Shown here: one piece after another, positions 19,892 through 28,740 of the stretch
How the letters are laid out: the number at the start of each line of letters is the position of its first letter
Numbering within the stretch: the stretch's first letter is position 1
DNA from: a virus
Strand: one strand, 5' to 3'
Virus record (IMG/VR): IMGVR_UViG_3300049811_000692
Span: 41,429 to 105,428 of that record
Length of the DNA: 64,000 nt
Program-made: the position numbers and the translations under genes
The notes under the pieces: generated by a model
What the model was told of the DNA's origin: nothing
The model's input: only the letters and a program-made list of their open reading frames with translations
The model's database searches: none

Positions 19892-20249
19892 GGCCGTTGC
19901 CCCCGAACAGCGGGGCGGTGGCCGTGCCGCGCGGGAGCGGGCGGCTCCGGTCGTTCGGCCGCGCCTTCAGCCCGAGGGTGGAGGTCGCCCGGTAGTAGAT
20001 CGAGGCGTGGGAGCGCCCGAGGATGCGGGCGATCTCCTCGATCGGCTTCTCCTCGCCCCACAGCTTGGCGAGCAGCTCGTCATCCGCAGGCAGGAAGTGC
20101 CGGCGGGTGGCGGGCGGGGGCCTGGGGGCGGCGGCCTCGGTCTCGGCGGCGAGGATCTGCAGCGCCATGCGCAGCCCCTTCGCGACATCGGCGTGGCCGA
20201 GCTCCTCGGACGTCTCGGCGGCGAGGCGGATCTTCTCGCTGGCCTGCAT
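19884..20249 (-). CDS. Small HTH protein
   Basis: DELLAKLW...IEEIARILGRSHASI. Confidence 0.65.
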   Translation of the reverse strand: MQASEKIRLAAETSEELGHADVAKGLRMALQILAAETEAAAPRPPPATRRHFLPADDELLAKLWGEEKPIEEIARILGRSHASIYYRATSTLGLKARPNDRSRPLPRGTATAPLFGGNGHV

Positions 20250-21151
20250 CAGGCGGCCTCCTCTGTCGCGGCCTTCAAGGGCCGCACGGTGATCGCGTTG
20301 CTCTTGGAGGCCGTGACTTCGACGCCGTGGCCGTAGGCGCGCTTGATGCCCTCGGGGAGCAGGCCCTTCAGCTCGCCGTGCGCCTGATCGTAGGCCTCCT
20401 TCATGGGGAGCGCCTCGAGGAAGCGCCCGGCTGCATCGGCCCAGGCGTTGCTCAGCGCCATGTCCTGCTCGCCCTGGCGCACCGGCACGACCTTGATGGT
20501 GCGCTTGGCGAGCGCCACAGGCTCGGTGCGCTCGCCCGACTGGACCGAGGCCCAGAACGCCTCCTCGGCGCGGATCAGGTCGGCGAGCAGGTCGAGATCC
20601 TGGCCGACCTCGAACACCTCGAAGCGCAGCGTCCCGAAGAGGACGCACAGGTAGGCGACCTCGGCCTTGGCGCAGTGCATCTCGTGCTGGAGCTGCGCGG
20701 CGCCGTACTTGTCCACGACCTCCTGGTCCTTGGTCCAGGCGTTGACGTGCTTCGCCTGCAGCACTGCGCGGCGGCCCTTGCCGTCGTCGTCGAGCCAGCC
20801 GTCGAGGGTGGCCGCCATCCAGGGGCGCCGGGTGTCGCGCACCCGCTCGCCGCGGCGGGTGACGGTCCAGCCGTTCTGCTTGGCGCCCCAGGCGAGGATG
20901 AAGGCCTCGGTCCAGAGGCCGAGCTGGACGTAGATCAGGTTCGACAGGTCGTCGGGCTCGCGCTCGCCGCGCTTCACGGCGCGGAGCTTGCCGACCTCCT
21001 TGGGGTCGCCCTTGTAGATCACCGTGGCGTCGGAGCCGCCGATGAAGTTCCGCCGAGCGAGGATGTCTTCGGGCGTCAGGCCGAAGAGGGGGAGCCGCGC
21101 GAGCTTGCCGTCATCCGTGAAGCCGAGAGCGCGACAGGTTGCTGGGTCCAT
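20249..21151 (-). CDS. YqaJ/lambda-exonuclease family protein
   Basis: RRNFIGGSDA, WMAATLDG, QAKH, AQLQHEM; SD GAGGTG before ATG at 21151. Confidence 0.88.
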   Translation of the reverse strand: MDPATCRALGFTDDGKLARLPLFGLTPEDILARRNFIGGSDATVIYKGDPKEVGKLRAVKRGEREPDDLSNLIYVQLGLWTEAFILAWGAKQNGWTVTRRGERVRDTRRPWMAATLDGWLDDDGKGRRAVLQAKHVNAWTKDQEVVDKYGAAQLQHEMHCAKAEVAYLCVLFGTLRFEVFEVGQDLDLLADLIRAEEAFWASVQSGERTEPVALAKRTIKVVPVRQGEQDMALSNAWADAAGRFLEALPMKEAYDQAHGELKGLLPEGIKRAYGHGVEVTASKSNAITVRPLKAATEEAA

Positions 21152-21186
21152 CGTGGACACCTCTGTGAGGGGGTGGCGATGACCGG

Positions 21187-21214
21187 TGTTTATCACAGCA
21201 GAATGTGAGCGCAA
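21187..21214 (-). promoter_or_regulatory. Promoter of recombination operon with operator
   Basis: TTGCGC-16 nt-TAAACA on minus strand; CACA-GCAGAA-TGTG at 21194-21207. Confidence 0.55.
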
Positions 21215-21280
21215 CCCCATTTCCGAGGGCGGGCGCGAGTTTCCCGCGCGCGCGTTGTGAAGGGTGTTGTGATGGAGATT

Positions 21281-21396
21281 CCTTCCTCTTCTCTCCTCTC
21301 CTCTCCTCTCCGTCGGTGATCGATCACCGACATGTCGGTGATCCAACACCGACCGCTCGGTGTTCGCTCGGTGTTCTGTCGGTGCTCAAACACCGA
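21281..21396. repeat. Phased iteron cluster (candidate replication origin)
   Basis: (CTCTC)n tract, then eight TCGGTG/CACCGA half-sites on an 11-bp phase. Confidence 0.7.
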
Positions 21397-21435
21397 TTTT
21401 TTCGCATGATTTGGAGAACAAGCCATTGAAACGAC

Positions 21436-21465
21436 AAAAACCCCGCCGGTTTCCCGGCGGGGGCC
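21436..21465 (-). terminator. Intrinsic terminator ending array A
   Basis: CCCCGCCGG-GAAA-CCGGCGGGG-TTTTT on minus strand. Confidence 0.85.
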
Positions 21466-21727
21466 TTGTCAAAGCACCAGCGCTCCAATGGCGCCGCTGA
21501 GGGTCATCCCCAAAAAAACGGCGCCGGCAGCGAGGGCCAGGAGGGCCATCCACTGCCGAGCCGCCTCGGGCACCGCGCCAAGCAACGCGCGGGCCGCGGA
21601 GCGCGGCGCCTGAGGAAATCGGGACGCCCGCCACAAGATCATGGGGAGTTGCCTTTCTGTCTTTCGCCCCGGCCTGGGGCGCAGCGGGCCGGCGCACCTG
21701 CGCCGGCAAGCCGACCGACCCAGCGGG

Positions 21728-22336
21728 TCAGTCGGGGAGCTCGATGTCGCCCCACGCTTCGGGGCCTTCTTCGTGAACCTCGATGCTGTCGCGATCGATG
21801 TCGAAGGAGGCCTCGTCGATCTGGCGGCAGACGTTGTGGAGCATCATCTCGAGCAGCTGCTCGGTGAAGGCCGGATTTGTGCGGATGGCGTCAAGGACGC
21901 GACGCTCGGCCTCCTTCTCGGAGAAGGCGCGCACCAGCACGAAGGCTTCCGGCTGGAAGCCATCGTCGGCCATCACGCGCACCGTGTAGGGGATGCGAAG
22001 GTCGTCCTCGTCATCTTCAGCGCCGGCACCCTCGAACGGGTCCGTGCCGTCGCCCCCGATCCCGTCCTTGCGGGCGATCGCGGAGATGTCGTGCAGGTGG
22101 ACCGAGGGGCCGATGAAGCTCTGCATCGAATGCCCCTCGAGCCGAGGGTCGTGCGAGGCGACGTAGTGCAGGACCGCCTCGTCCGCGCGCTGGTAGCGCA
22201 CGACGAGCGGCTGCGGAGACAGCACGCACGCCAGGGCGGCGAGCGTGCCGGCCGGGCAGGCGTTACGGAGGTAGGACTGGTATGAGCAGCTTCTCCCCGT
22301 CGCCGTGACCCGGTCGTAGTAGGTGACCATCAGCAT
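21728..22336 (-). CDS. Cassette gene, hypothetical
   Basis: ATG follows the element; acidic 202 aa. Confidence 0.7.
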   Translation of the reverse strand: MLMVTYYDRVTATGRSCSYQSYLRNACPAGTLAALACVLSPQPLVVRYQRADEAVLHYVASHDPRLEGHSMQSFIGPSVHLHDISAIARKDGIGGDGTDPFEGAGAEDDEDDLRIPYTVRVMADDGFQPEAFVLVRAFSEKEAERRVLDAIRTNPAFTEQLLEMMLHNVCRQIDEASFDIDRDSIEVHEEGPEAWGDIELPD

Positions 22337-22409
22337 GGCGGATGGGTCTCTTCGGCCCCGGGCAGGGGGCCGCGACTGGCCGCCCCAGGGTGGGGCGGCG
22401 GAACCCGGC

Positions 22410-22748
22410 TCACGCCGGGCTGGAGGGCTTCTTCAGCGCCTCCCGCAGCTTCTCGCCGCGCAGGATGGTGGTGGAGCCCGGCAGGATCCCCTCGAAGGGC
22501 ACGGGATGGGGCGGGAACTCGCCCGGGCGGTCCTTGTAGGCCGACCGAATCAGGTCGCCGAGCTCGTTCATGGAGTAGAGCCCCATGGGCCCGTGCAGCT
22601 GGCTGAGCATCCAGTGCGGGGGGTTCTTGTTGCCGCGGCCGTAGGCCTTGCGGAGCCGCTTCATCGCCTGGGCGCGGGAGATGCCGCGCGCCCAGACATT
22701 CGGCCCGACGGCGAAGTAGCCGTACACCGTCTTCTTGGGTTCGGTCAT
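22410..22748 (-). CDS. Cassette gene, hypothetical (112 aa)
   Basis: AAGGA-N7-ATG from the element. Confidence 0.75.
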   Translation of the reverse strand: MTEPKKTVYGYFAVGPNVWARGISRAQAMKRLRKAYGRGNKNPPHWMLSQLHGPMGLYSMNELGDLIRSAYKDRPGEFPPHPVPFEGILPGSTTILRGEKLREALKKPSSPA

Positions 22749-22841
22749 GGTGGTGTCCTTCGTCCCGATCAGGGGACGCGACTGGCTGCCCCAGGACGGG
22801 GCGGCGGGGCCCGGGCGCTGAAGCGCCACGGGCAGGGAGGA

Positions 22842-23375
22842 TCACCGCAGGGGAGGCGTCAGATCGACGGCGGGCGGCTCGAGGCCGGGCGGCGCGAGGT
22901 GCGGCACGCAGGTCTGGTACCGGTAGTCCTGCACCGCGTTGTACTCGTCGGAGCCGACCTCGGGCATGCAGATGCCCTCGTCGAAGTCGGCCGCCAGCTC
23001 CAGCACCGCGCGTCCGTGTCGAAGGAGGCGGGGGTACTGGTTGTCGCTCAGGTAATCGTCGGGATCGACATAGACGCGCCCGCGCATGGTGTAGCGGCCG
23101 TCGTCCTCGAAGTGGGCTTCCTTCCCCCAGACGAGCGCCGAGGTCATGAACCCGGCGGCGTCGTTGTCGAGGATGTGGAAGCCGCCGTTGCTCTGGCTCT
23201 CGGCGCTGAGCTCGTCGATCGCGTCGTAAAGGGCGCGCTCCTGGCCGTGGCCGGGGTTGCGGGAAATGTACTCGTCCATCTGCTCCCGCAGCCAGCGCCG
23301 CCCCGCGTTGTTGGCCGTGATGATGAGCTGGTCGCCCTTCTCCTCGAAGAGGATCTGCGGGCAGTTCTTCGTCAT
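22842..23375 (-). CDS. Cassette gene, hypothetical
   Basis: Element SD then ATG. Confidence 0.8.
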   Translation of the reverse strand: MTKNCPQILFEEKGDQLIITANNAGRRWLREQMDEYISRNPGHGQERALYDAIDELSAESQSNGGFHILDNDAAGFMTSALVWGKEAHFEDDGRYTMRGRVYVDPDDYLSDNQYPRLLRHGRAVLELAADFDEGICMPEVGSDEYNAVQDYRYQTCVPHLAPPGLEPPAVDLTPPLR

Positions 23376-23465
23376 CGGGGTGGTCCTTCGTCCCGATCAG
23401 GGGACGCGACTGGCCGCCTCACGCTGAGGCGGCGGGGGCCAGGGCGCGCGGGGCGCCGCTGGCAA

Positions 23466-23885
23466 TCACACGCCGGGATCCTCGCGGCGTTGCCGCAAGT
23501 ACAGGCGGGCGTCCGGGCCCAACCTCCTCAGGATCTCTTCGCCAACCTCGGCGACTTCCTTGTGGACGTTGATGAGGCGCTCGAACTGAGCCCGCGCCGC
23601 GGCTTCGGACCGCTCAATCGTCTCGTTCAGCCAATCTAGTGCAGTGGGCGTGGGGGCGTCTTCGTCGGCAGCCGCGGCTCCTCGGGTGTTCACGAGCAGC
23701 ATGACCGCGCGGCAGGCAGCCAGCCACTCCAAGGTCACGCCAAGCAGCCGGCTGGCCACGTATTCGCGACCTTCCGCCTTGAGCGCGGCGATCGTGTAGA
23801 TCAGGCTTGATGACGCCATGGTAGGCGATATGTCGAGTAGAGCTTCGGCCCGAAGCGCCATGTCGTAATCAATCTCGGCAGGCAC
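23466..23885 (-). CDS. Cassette gene, hypothetical
   Basis: AAGGAG then GTG; visibly lower GC than neighbours. Confidence 0.7.
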   Translation of the reverse strand: MPAEIDYDMALRAEALLDISPTMASSSLIYTIAALKAEGREYVASRLLGVTLEWLAACRAVMLLVNTRGAAAADEDAPTPTALDWLNETIERSEAAARAQFERLINVHKEVAEVGEEILRRLGPDARLYLRQRREDPGV

Positions 23886-23976
23886 GGTGGTCTCCTTCGC
23901 CCCGATCAGGGGGCGCGACTGGCCGCCTCACGCTGAGGCGGCGGGGCCAGAGCGTAGCGGCGCTCTGGCGAGGTGA

Positions 23977-24234
23977 TTAGGCCGTGGCGGGCTCGATGAA
24001 GCCCTCGTCGTTCTCGGGGTCGGGCGGGAGGTAGGCGTCGTAGGGGTTCTGGTCGGAGACCAGGTGCCCGAACGGCACGAACTCGCACTCGTCGCCTGAG
24101 CGGTTGATCGCCACGATCACGTAGCGGGGATTGCGGGTCTTGGCGTCCAGGCACTCGAGCAGCGCCAGGTGGCCGGAGGCCGCCGCGCGCAACATCGTGT
24201 TGAAGTTGGCGCGGAGGGGCTCGGGGATGGCCAT
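23977..24234 (-). CDS. Cassette gene, DUF6117-like
   Basis: RANFNTMLRAAASGHLALLEC...PFGHL...NPYDAYLPP. Confidence 0.75.
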   Translation of the reverse strand: MAIPEPLRANFNTMLRAAASGHLALLECLDAKTRNPRYVIVAINRSGDECEFVPFGHLVSDQNPYDAYLPPDPENDEGFIEPATA

Positions 24235-24326
24235 AGGGCTTGGTCCTTCGCCCCGATCAGGGGGCGCGACTGGCCGCCTCACGCTGAGGCGGCGGGGAGC
24301 AGGGCGCAACGGCGCCCCGCTCGGTG

Positions 24327-24713
24327 TCAGGCGGGCGCAGCGGTCATCCAGGCGATCGGCGAGACTTCCTCCTCGGGGAGAGAGGCCTGCTCGTCGCGCG
24401 CGATGACGTGCTCGCGGATGTGGGCCGGGAGGTCGAGCCATCGGACGCGCTCGCGGGCGTAGCGCTGCCGATACTGGGAGAACTCCCAGAGCTGCATCTC
24501 GCCCATCAGGCTGACGCCCTGCGGGTGCTCGGGCCCATCCGACATGCCCAGGAAGGCCACCCAGCCTTCGCGGCCGGCGGCCCACTCCTTGCCGGTGAAG
24601 AACACCGTGTAGCGCTCACCCTCGTTGCGACTGTCGAAGCAGTCGCAGATGAAGGCGGGCGCGTTTTCGAGCCACCGCGCGCGGGCCCGCTTCGGGAGGC
24701 GGTGTTTTCTCAT
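24327..24713 (-). CDS. Cassette gene, hypothetical
   Basis: ERYTVFF...GMS..PEHPQGV...WLDLP pattern. Confidence 0.8.
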   Translation of the reverse strand: MRKHRLPKRARARWLENAPAFICDCFDSRNEGERYTVFFTGKEWAAGREGWVAFLGMSDGPEHPQGVSLMGEMQLWEFSQYRQRYARERVRWLDLPAHIREHVIARDEQASLPEEEVSPIAWMTAAPA

Positions 24714-24805
24714 CGGGGTAGTCCTTCGCCCCGATCAGGGGGCGCGACTGGCCGCCCCGGGACAGGGCGGCGGGGCCAGGGCGCACGGGGCGCCGCTGGC
24801 GGGCA

Positions 24806-25036
24806 CTACAGCCGCCGCCGCGAGAGCAGCGGCGGGTAGGTGGTGGGGAACCCGGGCGGGCGAGGCTCGCGCCAGGCGTCCGGGTCAGGCCAGGCGACGT
24901 AGATGTTCGTCGGCCAGGTGGCGCGCCAACCGGCGGCCTCGGCTTCCGCCGCCTCCTTCGTCGGAAGCGGCTCGGCCGACGCAAAGCGGTCGGTGGTCTG
25001 GTTCCAGACGCACCAGGCCTCTCGGATGTCCGTCAC
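24806..25036 (-). CDS. Second gene of a two-gene cassette
   Basis: GTGA overlap; AWCVWN module shared with 43273-43911. Confidence 0.7.
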   Translation of the reverse strand: MTDIREAWCVWNQTTDRFASAEPLPTKEAAEAEAAGWRATWPTNIYVAWPDPDAWREPRPPGFPTTYPPLLSRRRL

Positions 25037-25452
25037 TGCGGCTCGATCTTCGCCGCGACGTGGATGTGGAACATCCCGGGCGTGCTCATCTCGGTGATCG
25101 TCTCGCCCGTCCGCGCCATGCGGCCGAGGAAGATGACCAGCTTGCGGACGGTCTCGACGTCGATCTTCACGTCCACGATGTCCTCGCCGTACTCGCCGCC
25201 CTCCTCGGGGCCGGTGATGACGCCGATGCCGGAGAGCGGCTGCTGGTTGAGGGCCTGCAGCGAGAAGAAGTTGGCGGGGCCGTAAAGCAGCCCCTCGTCA
25301 TCCACCCACAGGTAGTCGCCGGTCGGGAAGCGCCCGGCGCAGGTCATGGGGCGGTTGTCCCAGAAGGCGCAGATCTCGCGGTGCGTGACCTGGCCGGGAA
25401 GTTCCACGACCTCCACCGTCTCGGTGTTGGGGTCGATCTTGATGATCTTCAT
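25033..25452 (-). CDS. Cassette gene, DUF3846-like
   Basis: IKIDP...LWVDDEGLL...PLSGIGVITG. Confidence 0.7.
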   Translation of the reverse strand: MKIIKIDPNTETVEVVELPGQVTHREICAFWDNRPMTCAGRFPTGDYLWVDDEGLLYGPANFFSLQALNQQPLSGIGVITGPEEGGEYGEDIVDVKIDVETVRKLVIFLGRMARTGETITEMSTPGMFHIHVAAKIEPQ

Positions 25453-25545
25453 GGTGGTGTCCTTCGTCCCGATCAGGGGACGCGACTGGCCGCCCCAAGA
25501 CGGGGCGGCGGGTGCCCGGGCGCCGAAGCGCCGCGGGCGGGAGGG

Positions 25546-26109
25546 TCAGGCGGCCTCCTCCTCGTCATCCGGCTCCGCGAGCTCCGCGGGGAGCTCGTTG
25601 AGCGGGTAGGTGCCGTGGAGGTGGAGCGGCTCGTTCATGTCCCGGTAGCGGTTGCCCTCGTCGGGCTTCGTCCGGGGCCAGCGGCTCACGTACACCTCGA
25701 GCACCTCGTCATCGAGGTTCACGAGGTAGCCGTACTCGGCGTCGTAGCCGGCCATGCCGGCGTCGAGATTGGAGGCTATCGCCCCGCGCACCAGGCGCTT
25801 GACGATGGTCCCCTGGTCGCGCCGGAAGAACGAGTAGGCGTCGCTGCCAGTGCTGACGCTGCGGTCGTGCGCGTCGGCGCCCCAGCGGCTCACCATCTCC
25901 GGGGTGATCGGGTCATTCCACGAGATCTGCTCGACCTTGGTCGCGAGCTCCCGGAGCCGGTCGATCCAGCCGTCGCCGTGCAGCTCGCGGAACTCGGTGA
26001 GCTCCTTGAGGATGGTGGCGCCGACGCCGGCGAAGTAGCCGTCGAACTGGTTGTAGGCGATCTTGTCCGTGCCGCCGATGCGGACGCCGGTGAGGGATCG
26101 GGTACCCAT
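25546..26109 (-). CDS. Cassette gene, hypothetical
   Basis: MGTRSL...YNQFDGY..GVG...EYGYLVNLD..VLEVY pattern. Confidence 0.8.
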   Translation of the reverse strand: MGTRSLTGVRIGGTDKIAYNQFDGYFAGVGATILKELTEFRELHGDGWIDRLRELATKVEQISWNDPITPEMVSRWGADAHDRSVSTGSDAYSFFRRDQGTIVKRLVRGAIASNLDAGMAGYDAEYGYLVNLDDEVLEVYVSRWPRTKPDEGNRYRDMNEPLHLHGTYPLNELPAELAEPDDEEEAA

Positions 26110-26208
26110 GGTAGGGGTGGTCCTTCGTCCCCAGGCAGGGGAACGCGACTGGCCGCCTCACGTTGAGGCGGCGGGTGCGGAGGGCGCCGAAGCGCCCCCC
26201 GCGGTGCG

Positions 26209-27405
26209 TCAGATCGTCACCTTGTTCATCAAGGCGCCGGCCTTCCGCTCGAGCGCGACGCGCTCGTCCTGGTGCGGGATGTCACGGGCCATGGCGGTGA
26301 TGCCCTGGACCATGTCCCAGATCGAACGGGCCGGGCGGCCCTCGGTCTGCATGACGCTCTCCAGGATCGCCTTGGCGCCCGACTTCGAGAAGTCGCGCTG
26401 CCCGAGCCACTCGAGCGCCTCGTCGTCGGTCTTGGCGACGGTGAGACGCTTCGCCTCGATGGCCTTGCGGGCCACCGCACTCGCGGAGATGTTGGAGAAG
26501 TCCTTGAGGGTCGGCATCACCTCCCCCCGGAAGCGATCCGGGAGGCCAGAGGTGTGACGGAGCGCGATCTCGTTGCGCCCTTCGACTCCCCACAAATTGC
26601 GATTCAGGCAAATCGCCCGAAGGTACATCGTCACCACCCTGAGGGAGGCAGCGCCGACCTCTGAGTTGGAGACCATGAAGCCCGGGAAGATCAGATCGGG
26701 GTCGCCGTTGTCGAGCTTGCCGATCTCGATCGGGTACTGGTCCCGACACAGGAAGAGGAACACGTCGCGATCGCTCGCGTAGAGCGTGGTGCTCTGCTTC
26801 GAGAGATAGTCGGGGTTCGGATCGTAGGTCCCCGTGGTCCAGTCGATGACACCCGGCACCTTCCAGGTGCCGTCCTCGGTGATGGCCTTGACCGCCTCGA
26901 CCACGTCCGCGTCCCACACCCGCCCGTAGGTGGGCGAGGTGATGGCGCGCAGCTCGGTGCGGCCCTCCGGCGTCGTGGTCTTCAGGAGCTTGATGCTCTC
27001 CTCGGATGAACGGCTGAGGAGATCCTGAACGACGGCGGGGGCGAGCCGGGTGCGTCGCAGATAGCGGGCCGGGAAGTCGATGTGCTGACACAGCTGGCTG
27101 AACGACCAGTGCGTCGGGTAGCCCTCGCCATCGGGGGCGAGGATCCGCATGGTGTCGGCCGAGAGGTTCTCGTCGGCCAGCACCCTCAGCGACCGCGTCC
27201 CGTAGGTGTTGACGATCGAGTTCTCCATGCGCGCCTTCACGGCGTCCAGGAGGTCGTCCAGCGACAGAAAGCGCTGGTCGTCAGGGCGGGTGTACCACTG
27301 GGAACTCAGGGACCCGTCGAGGGCCCCGCGCCGCACGTCCACGCGCCGCGCCCCCGAGGGGGCGGAGGGCAGGGTGGCCGCGGGCGGGATGATGGTATCC
27401 GGCAT
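26209..27405 (-). CDS. Cassette gene, DUF932-family protein
   Basis: SSQWYTRPDDQRFLSL, PTHWSFSQLC, TSPTYGRVWD, TTLYASDRDVFLFL, NSEVG, CLNRNLWG. Confidence 0.85.
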   Translation of the reverse strand: MPDTIIPPAATLPSAPSGARRVDVRRGALDGSLSSQWYTRPDDQRFLSLDDLLDAVKARMENSIVNTYGTRSLRVLADENLSADTMRILAPDGEGYPTHWSFSQLCQHIDFPARYLRRTRLAPAVVQDLLSRSSEESIKLLKTTTPEGRTELRAITSPTYGRVWDADVVEAVKAITEDGTWKVPGVIDWTTGTYDPNPDYLSKQSTTLYASDRDVFLFLCRDQYPIEIGKLDNGDPDLIFPGFMVSNSEVGAASLRVVTMYLRAICLNRNLWGVEGRNEIALRHTSGLPDRFRGEVMPTLKDFSNISASAVARKAIEAKRLTVAKTDDEALEWLGQRDFSKSGAKAILESVMQTEGRPARSIWDMVQGITAMARDIPHQDERVALERKAGALMNKVTI

Positions 27406-27508
27406 AGTGCCGTGGTCCTTCTTCGGCCCCAGGCAGGGGGCCGCGACTGGCCAGAGCAATACGCTCCGGCGGAAGTGCCCGCGGCACAGAGGCGCCGCGG
27501 GCGGGCGA

Positions 27509-28021
27509 TCAGCCGGGCGGCAGATCGATGGGGTGGCCAGCTCCCTTCAGCAGGTCGGCGATGCGCTGGGCGACCAGCGCCGGATTGTCCAAGTCGCCGA
27601 GGTAGGTGCCGGGGTTGAACAGTCGGGCCGTGTCGTAGCGGCCGAGCTCAAAAAACCGCCCGCACGCCTCGAAGTCCTGTTCCGGATCCACGCCGAACGG
27701 GCGTTCCGCGGAGCGTGTTTCCGGCTCGGCATACAGGACCGAGATGTCGGCGGCCCGGTTGAAGCCGAGCTTGACCAGCTCGCGCGCAGACCGGATCGGG
27801 GTCCAGTTGAAGTTCTCCCAGAGCGCCATGCAGAACCCCTGGCTCTGGAACCAGGGGTCGAGGGAGGCGTGTCCTGCCGCGCAGGCGGCGGTGCCGCATT
27901 CGTTGGCCTTGCCCCACGACCCCATGTTGAGGTCCAGGAAGAAGGGAGGGGCGGGAGCCTTCTCGGCCTCCGCGAGCGTCAGCATGATCGCCCGGAGGCG
28001 CTGGAGTGCTTCCACGTTCAT
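27509..28021 (-). CDS. Cassette gene, paralogue 1 (CGTxACAxG family)
   Basis: ECGTAACAAGHASLDPWF. Confidence 0.8.
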   Translation of the reverse strand: MNVEALQRLRAIMLTLAEAEKAPAPPFFLDLNMGSWGKANECGTAACAAGHASLDPWFQSQGFCMALWENFNWTPIRSARELVKLGFNRAADISVLYAEPETRSAERPFGVDPEQDFEACGRFFELGRYDTARLFNPGTYLGDLDNPALVAQRIADLLKGAGHPIDLPPG

Positions 28022-28114
28022 GGTGGGTGTCCTTCGTCCCCAGGCAGGGGGACGCGACTGGCCGCCTCGATGGGAGGCGACGGGGCCCGGGCGCCGAGGC
28101 GCCGCGGGCGAGGG

Positions 28115-28648
28115 TCAGGTGAGGCCCGCCTCCCGGCGAGCCTCGGCCTCCAGCTTGAGCCGGGCGAGCAGCTTCTCGACGCGGTTCAGGACGGCCTGCG
28201 GCGAGCCGAGTTCCGAGCGCTCGTATTCGTCGGGATCGAAGAGGTAGCGCGCGCGGGGCTCGGGGATACCGAAGAAGCTTGCCGCCGCGTGGTAGTTGAG
28301 GGGCCACTCGTAGGGATTGATCTCGGCGAGCTCCTCTTCGGGCGGGCCGCTCGGCGTTTTGTGGATCGGCATGACGGTGCGCCCCATGCAGGTGACTTTC
28401 GCGAGCTCTTCCACAGTGAAAGCCGCCGTGCCGCGCGCGGTGACCAGAAAGAGCCCGCGCTCCTGGAACCAGGGGTCCAGGCAGGCGAGGCCGACCGCGC
28501 AGGCGGTGGTACCGCATTCAGAGCGGCCATGAGCCCAGAGATCCATCCGGAGGTGGATGATGGGTGGCGAGAGCGCGTCCTGCGCCTCAATCTGCTGCGC
28601 AAGCAGGTCGCAGAGCCGTTCGAGCGCCTCGATGTTGGGTGTAGTCAT
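28115..28648 (-). CDS. Cassette gene, paralogue 2
   Basis: ECGTTACAVGLACLDPWF. Confidence 0.8.
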   Translation of the reverse strand: MTTPNIEALERLCDLLAQQIEAQDALSPPIIHLRMDLWAHGRSECGTTACAVGLACLDPWFQERGLFLVTARGTAAFTVEELAKVTCMGRTVMPIHKTPSGPPEEELAEINPYEWPLNYHAAASFFGIPEPRARYLFDPDEYERSELGSPQAVLNRVEKLLARLKLEAEARREAGLT

Positions 28649-28740
28649 CGTGGTGTCCTTCGTCCCCAGGCAGGGGGACGCGACTGGCCGCCTCGATGTG
28701 AGGCGGCGGGGCCCGGGCGCCGAGGCGCCGCGGGCGAGGG

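Noticed and set aside
18899-21208. 769-aa plus-strand ORF and similar long antisense ORFs (e.g. 11871-13556, 27206-29137, 51210-52757)
   Set aside because: Shadow or alternative frames of real genes in high-GC DNA; Arg/Pro/Gly-rich with no motifs or SD.
22749-25538. Element as a hammerhead ribozyme (CUGA and GAA present)
   Set aside because: CUGAUC is a closed hairpin loop, usually CUGC or CUGU in other copies; there is no CUGANGA/GAAA three-way core.
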